Translations under genes and position numbers: made by a program
Notes under the pieces: model-generated
Database searches by the model: none
What the model was told of the DNA's origin: nothing
Seen by the model: only the letters and a program-made list of their open reading frames with translations
IMG/VR virus record: IMGVR_UViG_3300021432_000009
Location: 1 to 62,045 of that record
Strand: one strand, 5' to 3'
From: a virus
Lineage: Duplodnaviria; Caudoviricetes
DNA length: 62,045 nt
Part shown: positions 1-8,947 of the stretch, in pieces
How the letters are laid out: every line of letters begins with the position of its first letter
Position numbering within the stretch: the first letter of the stretch is position 1

Positions 1-126
1 TCTCCGCTGCGCACAGCAGCATTCTCGAAGCTGTCTTCACCAACGCCGAGGCGTTCGAAGCCAACCTCGACTACTACCTGGCTTCGCCCAGCGAAGTGGC
101 GCTGGACTGCATCGAGCGCATTATGA
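1..126. repeat. Terminal direct repeat (assembly circularity), copy 1
   Basis: Identical to 61911-62036. Confidence 0.97.
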
Positions 127-566
127 AGGAGCGCCCATTGGCGCTCCTTGACGCGCCTCGGAAGATGTACTACGACAAGCGGAAGAAGGTCATAACACGC
201 GAAGAGTTCGAGCCGACAGCGGCGCAGCGCGAGAAGCTCGACAGTGCGATTGCCTTCTGCACGCAAATTGGCTTCCCAATCGCGAGCTACGCCCTTCACT
301 TCGCCGAACTTGGCCAGCGCATCGTGGCACTCGCCGAGGCCGGCGCGATTTGGCTATCCCCTCGCGCGCTCGCCGGCGACGAGGACGAGCTCGCCACCAC
401 GCTCATCGAAGAGTTCATCCATCTGCGCAACCGAGTAGACGACGCGACTCGCCGGATGCAAAATGTCCTCTTCGACGAGATCGTACGCCTTGGGCGACAA
501 GTTGTCGCCCAACACGATGCTCCAGCCGAGTGGTCAGGTACTCGCTTCGATCCGCCCAACCTTTAA
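1..566 (+). CDS. C-terminal part of GHKL-like ATPase / metallopeptidase-like protein spanning the circular junction (starts at 61241)
   Basis: In frame with the ORF starting at 61241 across the junction; contains TLIEEFIH (HExxH-like). Confidence 0.8.
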   Translation, partial: SAAHSSILEAVFTNAEAFEANLDYYLASPSEVALDCIERIMKERPLALLDAPRKMYYDKRKKVITREEFEPTAAQREKLDSAIAFCTQIGFPIASYALHFAELGQRIVALAEAGAIWLSPRALAGDEDELATTLIEEFIHLRNRVDDATRRMQNVLFDEIVRLGRQVVAQHDAPAEWSGTRFDPPNL

Positions 567-598
567 CGACAAGATTCCATTCTGAGGGAGTATCTTCG

Positions 599-793
599 AT
601 GGTCAAAACAGCGTGTTGGGCTGCTGCAGTAGCGATCAGTATAACTGCTATTGCGTGGTCATCCGCTCAGTTCAGTATAGAGGACGTGAAGCAACGCGCT
701 TTCATGATGAAAGTTTGTACTGACGCCGGTGGAAGCTGGGTAAGTAACTGGCGCAATGAATGGAGTTGCGAGCAGCCAAACCGTAAGGACTGA
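599..793 (+). CDS. Small membrane-anchored hypothetical protein
   Basis: GAGGGAG RBS, ATG 599, hydrophobic N-terminus, CxxxGGxW...C motif. Confidence 0.65.
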   Translation: MVKTACWAAAVAISITAIAWSSAQFSIEDVKQRAFMMKVCTDAGGSWVSNWRNEWSCEQPNRKD

Positions 794-796
794 TCC

Positions 797-1144
797 ATGC
801 ACTACCACAGTCCTTTGCGCCCCCGCTGGGCCGGCCAGGGCGCCTACGGCAAAGTAGTACGCGAAGATGGCGTCGCCTTGGGTGCTCTACCGTCGCTCTA
901 CCTCGACCCGCTCGAAGACGGCACCTGGGAGGTCATGGTTCAGCTGCAAGTTAGCATCGCGGCCTTCCGGCAGTTCACCACGCGAGTTAGCACGGCGGAA
1001 CTGCACGACTTGCTCTTTGCTTGGCGCAGCGACCCGGAAGAGGTGCTGCGCAACACGTTCGGGTATGACTTCGCAGTGTGGAGCACGCCGCAGGCGGCAC
1101 CTCGCGAGAAGAGCACAACGACACTGGAGGACCTAGGGCTATGA
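797..1144 (+). CDS. Hypothetical protein ending TTLEDLGL
   Basis: AAGGA RBS; tightly packed ORF. Confidence 0.7.
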   Translation: MHYHSPLRPRWAGQGAYGKVVREDGVALGALPSLYLDPLEDGTWEVMVQLQVSIAAFRQFTTRVSTAELHDLLFAWRSDPEEVLRNTFGYDFAVWSTPQAAPREKSTTTLEDLGL

Positions 1145-1344
1145 TTCGCGCCATCGTAGTCTACTTGCCAGAAGATTGCCGTCACGGCCTGTGCGACTGC
1201 GCAAGCGCAGCAGCATGCCACTTCCCGCGTTGCACTAACTGCGACGAGCTAGTCGACGCGAATGGTAAGTGGATAGATGATAACGGATGGCATGGTGAGC
1301 ACTGTTGCCAGTGCCCAGATTGCGGTGCACCGTTGCCGCCGTAG
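1141..1344 (+). CDS. Small Cys-rich (zinc-finger-like) protein
   Basis: ATGA overlap with upstream stop; multiple CxxC motifs. Confidence 0.6.
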   Translation: MIRAIVVYLPEDCRHGLCDCASAAACHFPRCTNCDELVDANGKWIDDNGWHGEHCCQCPDCGAPLPP

Positions 1345-1373
1345 GCCCACATATGTAATTACATACGTGTGGC
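1344..1373. repeat. Dispersed dyad repeat copy A (GGCCCAC-N3-TGTAATTACA-N3-GTGTGGC)
   Basis: Similar copies at 18389, 42655 and 52407. Confidence 0.8.
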
Positions 1374-1378
1374 GCCCC

Positions 1379-1407
1379 TTTACAACCCACGCAACCCGTG
1401 ATACTAT
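1379..1407 (+). promoter_or_regulatory. Sigma70-type promoter
   Basis: TTTACA-17 bp-TACTAT with TG extension, upstream of ATG 1434. Confidence 0.6.
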
Positions 1408-1433
1408 CACGCCAATCGAAAGGACGCACCGCC

Positions 1434-1928
1434 ATGCACCAACCCACTCCCACCCGCACCATCGAGCTTACCATCCACGGCATCACATTCGCTGCTCCGC
1501 AGCCCTTCGCGCAGGGCCACGTCTGCACCGAGGGCGAAGCGAGCGTTCTGAACGCGCAGTTCGCAGAGAACCTTCGCAACAACTTCGCGAAGCGTGTCAA
1601 GGCGTGGCAAGAAAGCAACCCTGGCGAAGATGCGGAGCATGATGGCGGATTGCACGCAGACTTTAAGCGCTACGCTGCATCCTACACCCTTGCGCCGCGC
1701 ACCTCTGCCGACCCAATCGACCGCGCTGCGCATCGTATCGCCACTGACCTCGTTCGCGAGTCCCTCAACGCGAAGGGCATGAAGCAGAGCGACTTGGCCG
1801 ACGGTCAGTTCGACGAGTTCGTCCGCAAGGTCGCGGCGCGCCCAGCAGTGCGCGATGAAGCCACTCGCCGCGTCGCCGCGACGAAGCACATCGTTTCGCA
1901 GACGCTCGATCTAGACGAGCTTGCATAG
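1434..1928 (+). CDS. Hypothetical protein
   Basis: AAGGA RBS, ATG 1434. Confidence 0.75.
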   Translation: MHQPTPTRTIELTIHGITFAAPQPFAQGHVCTEGEASVLNAQFAENLRNNFAKRVKAWQESNPGEDAEHDGGLHADFKRYAASYTLAPRTSADPIDRAAHRIATDLVRESLNAKGMKQSDLADGQFDEFVRKVAARPAVRDEATRRVAATKHIVSQTLDLDELA

Positions 1929-2170
1929 TGCACCCACTCGCGTTCCAGACAAAGTCTGGCGGCAACTCCGGCGCGTGGAACGAAGTCCACTCTGGCGACC
2001 ATGTAATATGCCTGATATCTGGCCGCACAGGGGTGCTAGATGAGTGCTTGCACGACGGCGAGGCGTTAGTGACTTGGGATGACGGACAATTCGGCGTAGT
2101 GAAGTGGCATAACTTGGCGCCATCTTCAAAAGTTAAGGTTACCGGTAATAACTGGGAAGCAATCCGATAA
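1928..2170 (+). CDS. Small SH3-like hypothetical protein
   Basis: GDHV...GRTG...VTWDDG pattern; abuts neighbours. Confidence 0.55.
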   Translation: MHPLAFQTKSGGNSGAWNEVHSGDHVICLISGRTGVLDECLHDGEALVTWDDGQFGVVKWHNLAPSSKVKVTGNNWEAIR

Positions 2171-2460
2171 TGCCAGCTTCGCCGAACCCTGATTGCACCG
2201 AGCTCTTGTACCGCGCCCTTAGCGCGCCAATAGGCATTGCCGTGCAAGTAAGTGACGCAGCGCGCTGCAAAGCAGAGTTGTACAAGACTCGCACGCTGCT
2301 GTGCGACACCGCGCTCGCCGAGCTAAGCATTCGCACTAATCCACTTCTACCTAGCTCTGAACTCTGGCTAATGCGAGCTGGCGCAATTCCAAGCGACGTG
2401 AAGGGCGCGAAGCCACTCGGGAAGGCATCGCCTCAGCTAGAGCGCGAGGAAACGCGATGA
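2170..2460 (+). CDS. Hypothetical protein
   Basis: Coupled ORF (TAATG overlap). Confidence 0.65.
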   Translation: MPASPNPDCTELLYRALSAPIGIAVQVSDAARCKAELYKTRTLLCDTALAELSIRTNPLLPSSELWLMRAGAIPSDVKGAKPLGKASPQLEREETR

Positions 2461-2660
2461 AGCGAAGCGCAGACAACCTCGCCCGCAAGCACATTTGGGT
2501 CGACACTGACGACTGGCAGTGGTACGAGGAAACATTCGCGGGGAGGATGAAGATTAGCGAAGCCATTCGCCTCGTTATGCGCAAATATCGCCAGAGCGTG
2601 GAGGCGAAGGTTGGCGCGAGCGCGGCGCGGCCGCGAGCAGACCTAGCAGTAGGGGAGTAG
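2457..2660 (+). CDS. Putative ribbon-helix-helix DNA-binding protein
   Basis: KHIWV...ISEAIRLVM pattern; ATGA overlap. Confidence 0.5.
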   Translation: MKRSADNLARKHIWVDTDDWQWYEETFAGRMKISEAIRLVMRKYRQSVEAKVGASAARPRADLAVGE

Positions 2661-2665
2661 CAAGT

Positions 2666-2857
2666 ATGTGGGGTATGTCAGTTATGCACTGGGTCGTCGT
2701 CGCTGGTGTCGTCGCAGTGCTATTCGGCCGAAACAGGGTCAGCAGTGTTATGAAGGACCTGGGTGGCGGCATTCGCGAGTTCAAGAAGGGCATGTCCGAG
2801 GCGCTCGATGCCCCACGCATCGAGGACAAGCGAGAGGAGCGCGAAAGCGATGTTTGA
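2666..2857 (+). CDS. tatA: Twin-arginine translocase TatA/TatE family subunit
   Basis: MWGMSVMHWVVVAGVVAVLFG-RNRVSSVMKDLGGGIREFKKGM: short TM helix, FG hinge, amphipathic helix with FKKG; GGGGAG RBS. Confidence 0.9.
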   Translation: MWGMSVMHWVVVAGVVAVLFGRNRVSSVMKDLGGGIREFKKGMSEALDAPRIEDKREERESDV

Positions 2858-3458
2858 CACAACTCGCCGCAAGTTCCTAGTCGGCTCCCTCGCGTCGCTC
2901 TTCGCCGCACCGGCCATCGTGCGCGCTTCGTCGCTCAACCTCGCCGGCCTGCGCGGCGTGCGGTTTGACACGAGCGGCATAACCTACGACCAGAGCGACT
3001 CGCTCGCCTACGAGTACTGGGCCATCGGCCCCATGGGCCTCGCGAAGTACACGGCAAAACAGATAATGGACGCGCCGAAGGGCGTCTACCTGCCCTGGCT
3101 GCCTTCGGAACGCATGATCCACAGTTATGAGGATAAGCTGGTAGGGGGGCCTAATAGCTTCTTTCGCCCAGTGCGCGAGAACAAGTCCGGCCTAATGTTC
3201 GCACAGGATCAGAAGACAGCTGAACTCAAACTGCTAAATATCGCCGACTCCCTCGACCGCGACCCTGTAGTCGCAAAGCTTCGAAGCGAGCAAGACGACT
3301 TGCTTCGCAAGCTTCGCGATATGCCGCGCAACGAGGCGGAGAAGACGTTCGATCCCAACAACCACGAGGATCGAATGCGCGTCGTACGAGCGTCGCGAAG
3401 AATGCGAGAGCTAGCGTGGCGCAAGGAAGATGCGCAGAATGGCGAGCCTAGCGCATGA
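2850..3458 (+). CDS. Protein with twin-arginine signal peptide
   Basis: GAGGAG RBS, ATG 2850 overlapping the tatA stop; MFDTTRRKFLVGSLASLFAAPAIVRA-SSL. Confidence 0.8.
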   Translation: MFDTTRRKFLVGSLASLFAAPAIVRASSLNLAGLRGVRFDTSGITYDQSDSLAYEYWAIGPMGLAKYTAKQIMDAPKGVYLPWLPSERMIHSYEDKLVGGPNSFFRPVRENKSGLMFAQDQKTAELKLLNIADSLDRDPVVAKLRSEQDDLLRKLRDMPRNEAEKTFDPNNHEDRMRVVRASRRMRELAWRKEDAQNGEPSA

Positions 3459-3687
3459 GCGATCGGGAAGAGCGCCGCAGGCGAGCGCAGATTGCGCGCA
3501 ACTCGTTGCGAACGGAGAACGGCCTTGCCACTAATCGAATGCGAGACGTTGCTGCGCAAGTATCGCCATCTGCGAGTAGTGAACGGACTTCCTCGCACGC
3601 TCTGCCGACGGGTGTACTTGGAAGCGACCGCGCAGACTCGAAGTCGTCCACTATGCCCTGAGTGTAAGATCGCAGCGAGAGTCTACG

Positions 3688-3897
3688 TTGGTAACAATCA
3701 GAACGACTACGCTCCAACTCGCGAAGGGCAAGCTTCGGAAGGGGCGGAGCCTACTTGAGTTCACAACGTACATTAGCATTGGCGAAGCTGATGCGCTTCG
3801 CGAAAGGGCAAGCCTAGATGACCGAACCGTCTCCGCCCAAATCCGCCGCGATATCCGACAAGCCAACAGCGCCTTCGACACAAGACGCAACAAGTAG
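3688..3897 (+). CDS. Possible ribbon-helix-helix protein
   Basis: FTTYIS...ALRERA..DDRTVSAQIRR; start uncertain. Confidence 0.4.
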   Translation: MVTIRTTTLQLAKGKLRKGRSLLEFTTYISIGEADALRERASLDDRTVSAQIRRDIRQANSAFDTRRNK

Positions 3898-4141
3898 TGG
3901 CGCAGCGGCCTTGGCCACCGCAGACGCGCAGTCGCTCGAAGTGCTCTTCTCCCGCGACCCATTCGAGATGATCGTGGAGGACGAGAAGGGCGCACGGAAC
4001 TTCGAAACTATCGTCGCCGCGCTGCGCCGCCAGCGAGCGGCCTGGAAGGCAGCAGAAGCCGCCGGCGCGACATCGGCGCGACGCAAGGCGGCGAAGGCCA
4101 AGGTCACTACGAGCCTAGCAGAGTTGGGCCTCGATGATTAG
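3818..4141 (+). CDS. Hypothetical protein ending TTSLAELGLDD
   Basis: ORF with a C-terminal motif shared with other genes in this genome. Confidence 0.6.
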   Translation: MTEPSPPKSAAISDKPTAPSTQDATSSGAAALATADAQSLEVLFSRDPFEMIVEDEKGARNFETIVAALRRQRAAWKAAEAAGATSARRKAAKAKVTTSLAELGLDD

Positions 4142-4252
4142 AAGATTTCTCTGCTGAATTGGATGGCATAGTTGGCACGCAGGTATTCCTGTGTACCATT
4201 CATGGAAGTACAACTGCAAGTACTGTGGCAAGTCAAAACTGGTACTCGACTG

Positions 4253-5200
4253 ATGCAGACCTTCGAGACTAACAGCAGCTTCTCACGAGAAGTCCCAAAC
4301 CTGCAACTTGCATGGGACTCAACCTCGTTGGGCTTACTAAAGGAGTGCCCGCGCAAATATCAGCTCGCCATTATTGAGGGCTACGAGCAGCGCGTTCGCA
4401 ACGTACATCTCGCCTTCGGCATCTGGCTTCACGAAGCAAAGGAGCAGTACGACTCCGCGCGCGCTGACGATCTCAGCTACGAGGAAGCCGTCTTGCGTTC
4501 TGTCCGCCACATAATGTGCGCGACATGGAACAGCGAGCTTAAGCGGCCCTGGGCTTCCGACGACTCACACAAGAACCGCTTCACGCTCGTCCGCACAGTC
4601 GTCTGGTATCTCACAGAATACAAAGACGATCCAATTGAGACACTGCGGCTTGCAAATGGCAAGGCTGCGGTGGAGCTAAGCTTCTCCTTCGAGTCACCAT
4701 TCATCGCCAATAGCGGTGAGAAGTTCCTAATCTGCGGTCACATGGACCGCTTCGGTAAGATCGGCACTCCCGCCTGGGTCTGCGATGTGAAGAGCACAAA
4801 GTATTCGCTCGACGAGCGCTACTTTGCGCAGTTTACCCCGCACAACCAGTTCACAATCTACACACTCGCCGCGCGAGTGGTGTATAGTATACCTGTGCAG
4901 GGGCTAATCGTCGACGCAGCGCAAGTCGCCGTGACTTTCTCGCGCTTTGAGCGTCGACAGGTCTATCGCGACGAGGCGCAGCTCGACGAGTGGCTACAGG
5001 GCTTCGGCGTGTACGTGAAACAGGCCGAGTACTACGCTCGAATGAACTATTGGCCGCTTAACGAAACTAGCTGCAATAAGTTTAGTGGCTGTCAGTTTCG
5101 TCAAGTCTGCTCGCACTCACCGGCTATTCGCCAAAAATGGCTTGATGCAGACTTCGTGAAACGCACCTGGGACCCACTGCGCACGCGAGGGGATATCTAG
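4253..5200 (+). CDS. PD-(D/E)XK exonuclease, Cas4/RecB-like
   Basis: CPR...FG...H, GHMD...DVKS, C-terminal Cys cluster (Fe-S-like). Confidence 0.85.
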   Translation: MQTFETNSSFSREVPNLQLAWDSTSLGLLKECPRKYQLAIIEGYEQRVRNVHLAFGIWLHEAKEQYDSARADDLSYEEAVLRSVRHIMCATWNSELKRPWASDDSHKNRFTLVRTVVWYLTEYKDDPIETLRLANGKAAVELSFSFESPFIANSGEKFLICGHMDRFGKIGTPAWVCDVKSTKYSLDERYFAQFTPHNQFTIYTLAARVVYSIPVQGLIVDAAQVAVTFSRFERRQVYRDEAQLDEWLQGFGVYVKQAEYYARMNYWPLNETSCNKFSGCQFRQVCSHSPAIRQKWLDADFVKRTWDPLRTRGDI

Positions 5201-5202
5201 CT

Positions 5203-5340
5203 ATGCCTATGATTGCGTTTTCTATCGGTTTAATTGGCTTTGGCCTCTCGGTTGTGTCGGGAGATCGGTGGGTAATTGCGCTAACTGGTGCTATGTTAGT
5301 TGTGAACGGCGCCATAACATGGGTGAATATGAGTATATGA
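5203..5340 (+). CDS. 45-aa two-TM membrane protein
   Basis: Translated by hand: MPMIAFSIGLIGFGLSVVSGDRWVIALTGAMLVVNGAITWVNMSI; fills the gap between neighbours. Confidence 0.5.
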   Translation: MPMIAFSIGLIGFGLSVVSGDRWVIALTGAMLVVNGAITWVNMSI

Positions 5341-5534
5341 CTCGCCCGTTTCGTCCGACCACTACCCACGCTTCGCCGAAGCTACCTAGTACTGCCTTCG
5401 GCTTCGCCGACGCGCGCATTGGGCCAAACAAGGCGATGAGCGAAAAGGCTGCGCAGACTAGGCGCCAGCGCGGCTTGAAGGTCACACTGCCGCGCATTCG
5501 TTGCTTAGAAAAGCCAATAGAGAGCGAGGACTGA
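5337..5534 (+). CDS. Hypothetical protein
   Basis: ATGA coupling. Confidence 0.5.
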   Translation: MTRPFRPTTTHASPKLPSTAFGFADARIGPNKAMSEKAAQTRRQRGLKVTLPRIRCLEKPIESED

Positions 5535-6452
5535 GTGGCGAATATTACTGCGCACCAGAGCGCGACAACCACGAAGCTCCTGCTGATCGGCCACTCCGGC
5601 AGCGGTAAAACCGGCGCTCTCGCCTCGCTCGCCGCAGCAGGCTACAAGCTGCGCATCTTGGACTTCGATAACGGCCTCGATATCCTTCGGAACTACGTTA
5701 CGGACCCGAGTTCGCCATACGTGAAGGCAAACCCAAAGGTTGCAGAGAATATCGACTATGTGACTTGCACAGACAAGATGCGCAACGTCGCCGGCAACAT
5801 AATGTGCGCGAAGGCCGAGGCGTGGCAGCGCGCAACGCAGATGTTAGTGCATTGGACTTACGAAGAGAAGCAAGCCGACGGCAGCGTGAAGAAAGTTGAC
5901 CTGGGGAAGATCACCGAGTGGGGTGCAGACACCATCCTAGCGGTAGATAGCCTCAGCATGGCCGCCACGGCGGCACTTAACTTCCACTTGCAGATGAATG
6001 GGAAGCTTGGGCAAGCGAGGACGCAGAACGAAGCCCGGCGCGACATCGGCGCGACGCAAGGTCACCTCCGCAAAATGCTCGAGCTTCTCTACGACGACTC
6101 CATAAAGTGCAACACGATAGTGAACTCCCACATCACAATGGTGACAGAGAGTGGCCTGGGACCGCAGAGCGAGGAATTTAAGGAGCAAGGAAACGGTGAG
6201 GCACCTAAAGGCTTCCCCAGCGCCATTGGGCGTGCGCTCAGCCCCATTATCCCTCGTTTCTTCAACTCTGTGTTGTTCATTGACACCGCTGGGAGTGGAG
6301 CTTCGGCGAAGCATCGCATTTACACCCGTTCGCAGGGCGCGATACTCGTCAAAACGACCGCCCCGTTACGAGTAAGGCCGGACTACGACATCGCACAGGG
6401 GCTAGCAGAGTACTTCGCCGCTGTGCGCGAGTCGCCAAAGGTTCCGTCCTAA
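5535..6452 (+). CDS. AAA_24 / Sak4-like P-loop ATPase (recombinase)
   Basis: Walker A GHSGSGKT, LAVDS Walker B, NSH; lies between exonuclease and SSB-like gene. Confidence 0.8.
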   Translation: MANITAHQSATTTKLLLIGHSGSGKTGALASLAAAGYKLRILDFDNGLDILRNYVTDPSSPYVKANPKVAENIDYVTCTDKMRNVAGNIMCAKAEAWQRATQMLVHWTYEEKQADGSVKKVDLGKITEWGADTILAVDSLSMAATAALNFHLQMNGKLGQARTQNEARRDIGATQGHLRKMLELLYDDSIKCNTIVNSHITMVTESGLGPQSEEFKEQGNGEAPKGFPSAIGRALSPIIPRFFNSVLFIDTAGSGASAKHRIYTRSQGAILVKTTAPLRVRPDYDIAQGLAEYFAAVRESPKVPS

Positions 6453-6479
6453 GACGGAGCATACGCAACTACCAACCAA

Positions 6480-6959
6480 ATGGAGTCCCAACCAATGACA
6501 GTTGACTTCAAACAACTTCTCGCAAAACCCGTAGATGACGTAAAGCGCCCTCCCGCGCCACCTGCGGGGACCTACTACGGCACCATCGCGGCCTTCAAGT
6601 TCCAAGAGAGCGCTTGGACGAACAATGAAACTGGCGATAAGGACGCCCAGGTGCGCTACACGATCCGTAATATCGAGCCGGGCGAGGACATCCTCGCGAA
6701 TGCGGAGTTGCTCGAAGGCATAGACCTCTCGAAACGTCAGTTCAACGCCGACTTGCCCCTGTCCGGCGGCAACGAGTGGGTTACGAAGACGTTCCTCGAA
6801 GCCCTCGGCATCGCGACGAGTGGCCGCGGTTGGGGGGAGTTGTGCCCCGAAGCCATTAACCACTCCGTTATGTTCGACGTCACCCACCGGCTGAACAAAA
6901 CCGACCCAGCTGCGCCGCCGTTCACCGACGTGAGGAATCTTCGCAAGCGACCCGAGTAG
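6480..6959 (+). CDS. Putative single-stranded DNA-binding protein (DUF669-like)
   Basis: PAGTY motif; position after Sak4-like gene. Confidence 0.6.
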   Translation: MESQPMTVDFKQLLAKPVDDVKRPPAPPAGTYYGTIAAFKFQESAWTNNETGDKDAQVRYTIRNIEPGEDILANAELLEGIDLSKRQFNADLPLSGGNEWVTKTFLEALGIATSGRGWGELCPEAINHSVMFDVTHRLNKTDPAAPPFTDVRNLRKRPE

Positions 6960-7153
6960 TCGGGGCGTTCGCCCCGACGCGAGTGTGGTGCGGTTCAATT
7001 CCGCCTCGCTGGCCGAGATCTGGTGATTAATTAGGGTTCGAAGCCCTGCCTTGCAGAGGTCGCTGTACGCTGCTCGGATCATTGCCCGCATGGTGGCGGG
7101 GGCCAAGACGGCGGGAGGATTGTGGGGAAAACGCAACGCCTCCCGCCGTTCTT
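6959..7153 (+). ncRNA. Candidate structured RNA with two T-loop-like hairpins
   Basis: Five hairpins in an intergenic stretch, including GCGG-TTCAATT-CCGC and AGGG-TTCGAAG-CCCT. Confidence 0.35.
7108..7153 (+). terminator. Possible intrinsic terminator/attenuator
   Basis: 11-bp stem ACGGCGGGAGG/CCTCCCGCCGT followed by TCTT. Confidence 0.35.
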
Positions 7154-7181
7154 CGGCACTCGAAGCTTGAGGACTACGTGA

Positions 7182-8603
7182 ATGCCTATTAGCGATGACT
7201 TCCTCCGCATTGACCTCGCCAGCGTGGTCGTACTTCGCGACGACCGCCAGCGCAGGAAGATATATGACGCTGAGGGCTACTTTGTTAACCACGATGGACT
7301 ACTTGAGTCTGTCCGCCGGCATGGCGTCATACAGCCAATTATTATTAATCGCGAACTCGTGCTCGTCGCTGGTGAGCGACGGCTCGAAGCCTCGCGCTGC
7401 ATCGGCCTCACGACCATCCCCGCGAGATTTGTCGAAGACCTGAGTGAGACCGAAGCGAAAGTACTAGAGCTAGAAGAAAACCTCCGCCGAGCGGACTTGC
7501 CGTGGCGCGACGAGGTACTCGCCATCGCCCAGCTTCACGAATTGTACAAGTCGGCTAAGCCAGACCAGACGCTAGCTGACACCGAGCGAGCCACTGGCTA
7601 CACGCAGCTGATGTGCGCGCTTCGCGTAGCGCGGGACATCGACTCACCGCGCATTGCAAGTTGCACGCACCTGCGGCAGGCGTATAATGTGCTCGCTCGG
7701 GTGGATGAGCGGGCGACGGCGGACGCGGTTAACGACATTATTGACGCGGGCGCGGCGGTTTTCGCGGGCATCGGCGCCGGGGCACAGGACGCCGGTGGTT
7801 CGTCAAACGGCGCGGGCGGCGCCACGGGGGCGGGGTCGGCCGGAACGCACCACGGGGCCGCGCACGGCCACGCACAAACGCACATTCCCGCCGCTCAGCC
7901 CAGTGAGTCCATCGTGCTTGCGAAGTTCGCCGATTGGGCAGCGCAGTATACCGGGCCAAGCTTCAACCTCATACATTGCGACTTCCCCTACGGGATAGAC
8001 GTATTCGCGGGGGCGATGTCTGGCCGCAACTCGCATACTACGTATAGCGACACGCAGGGCGAGTACATCGGATTGATCGAAGCACTCTGCGCAAACCTGC
8101 CTAAGCTCATGTCGCATAGCGCCCACCTAGTCTTCTGGTGCACAGCAGACATTGAAGTGCAGTGGCGCACTATTGAGCTATTTCGCAAACTCGCCCCATC
8201 GCTGATATTCCACCAGAAGCCACTAATCTGGCACAAAACGGACAATATTGGGATGCTGAGCGATCCGAAGCGCATCCCACGGCATGTGTACGAAACCGCG
8301 CTAGTTGCGAGCCAAGAAGACCGACTAATACTGCGTGCTGTGAGCGACACATACGGCGCCCCGACAGACAAGTCGCACCATCCAAGTACGAAGCCAGAAC
8401 CTGTTCTGCGGCACTTCTTCCAAATGTATTGCGACGAGCACACACGGCTGCTCGACCCAACATGCGGCAGCGGTAGTGCGCTGCGGGCCGCCGAGAGCCT
8501 CGGAGCGAAATTCGTACTGGGCATTGAGAGTAACGAAGAGCACTACAAGGCCGCGCAAAGCGCGCTGCGGAACTTCCGAACACTCAGAAAGGTGACGAAA
8601 TGA
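7182..8603 (+). CDS. ParB-like N-terminal domain fused to N4/N6 DNA methyltransferase
   Basis: GVIQPI, AGERRL, EENLRR (ParB); CDFPY, HPSTKP, LDPTCGSGS (beta-class MTase). Confidence 0.85.
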   Translation: MPISDDFLRIDLASVVVLRDDRQRRKIYDAEGYFVNHDGLLESVRRHGVIQPIIINRELVLVAGERRLEASRCIGLTTIPARFVEDLSETEAKVLELEENLRRADLPWRDEVLAIAQLHELYKSAKPDQTLADTERATGYTQLMCALRVARDIDSPRIASCTHLRQAYNVLARVDERATADAVNDIIDAGAAVFAGIGAGAQDAGGSSNGAGGATGAGSAGTHHGAAHGHAQTHIPAAQPSESIVLAKFADWAAQYTGPSFNLIHCDFPYGIDVFAGAMSGRNSHTTYSDTQGEYIGLIEALCANLPKLMSHSAHLVFWCTADIEVQWRTIELFRKLAPSLIFHQKPLIWHKTDNIGMLSDPKRIPRHVYETALVASQEDRLILRAVSDTYGAPTDKSHHPSTKPEPVLRHFFQMYCDEHTRLLDPTCGSGSALRAAESLGAKFVLGIESNEEHYKAAQSALRNFRTLRKVTK

Positions 8604-8947
8604 GAATTAACGTTTATACTGAGGAACTTCTGGCCAACTTTGGTCCGAATACGCCTAGTTGCGCAGAGATCGTGAAGACCGAGTACGTCTCCAGCCGAAC
8701 TGGCGAGAAGATGGCAAACTATGGCCTGCGCATCTACTTCAAATCTCACCCAGACCTCCACTACGTTCCTCCACGGGACGACGACCGCTCCGCTGTCACC
8801 ATTTGGTGCGGCTCGAGGGAGAAGAACGTCGTTAAGTTTTGGGACGATATAGCTACTGCACTACAACTTTCAACTCTTAAAAATTGGCGCGAGAAGACAG
8901 AAGCGCAGCAGGCCAGTACGGAGGCCGCAATTGCCAAAGGCGATTAA
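8600..8947 (+). CDS. Hypothetical protein
   Basis: ATGA coupling; MRINVYTEE...DDDRSAVT. Confidence 0.7.
   Translation: MRINVYTEELLANFGPNTPSCAEIVKTEYVSSRTGEKMANYGLRIYFKSHPDLHYVPPRDDDRSAVTIWCGSREKNVVKFWDDIATALQLSTLKNWREKTEAQQASTEAAIAKGD

Noticed and set aside
6979-7050. tRNA gene
   Set aside because: T-loop-like motifs are present, but no D-arm, anticodon arm, 7-bp acceptor stem or CCA could be built
7182-7560. Plasmid-prophage partition system
   Set aside because: The ParB domain is fused to a methyltransferase, and no ParA or plasmid Rep was found
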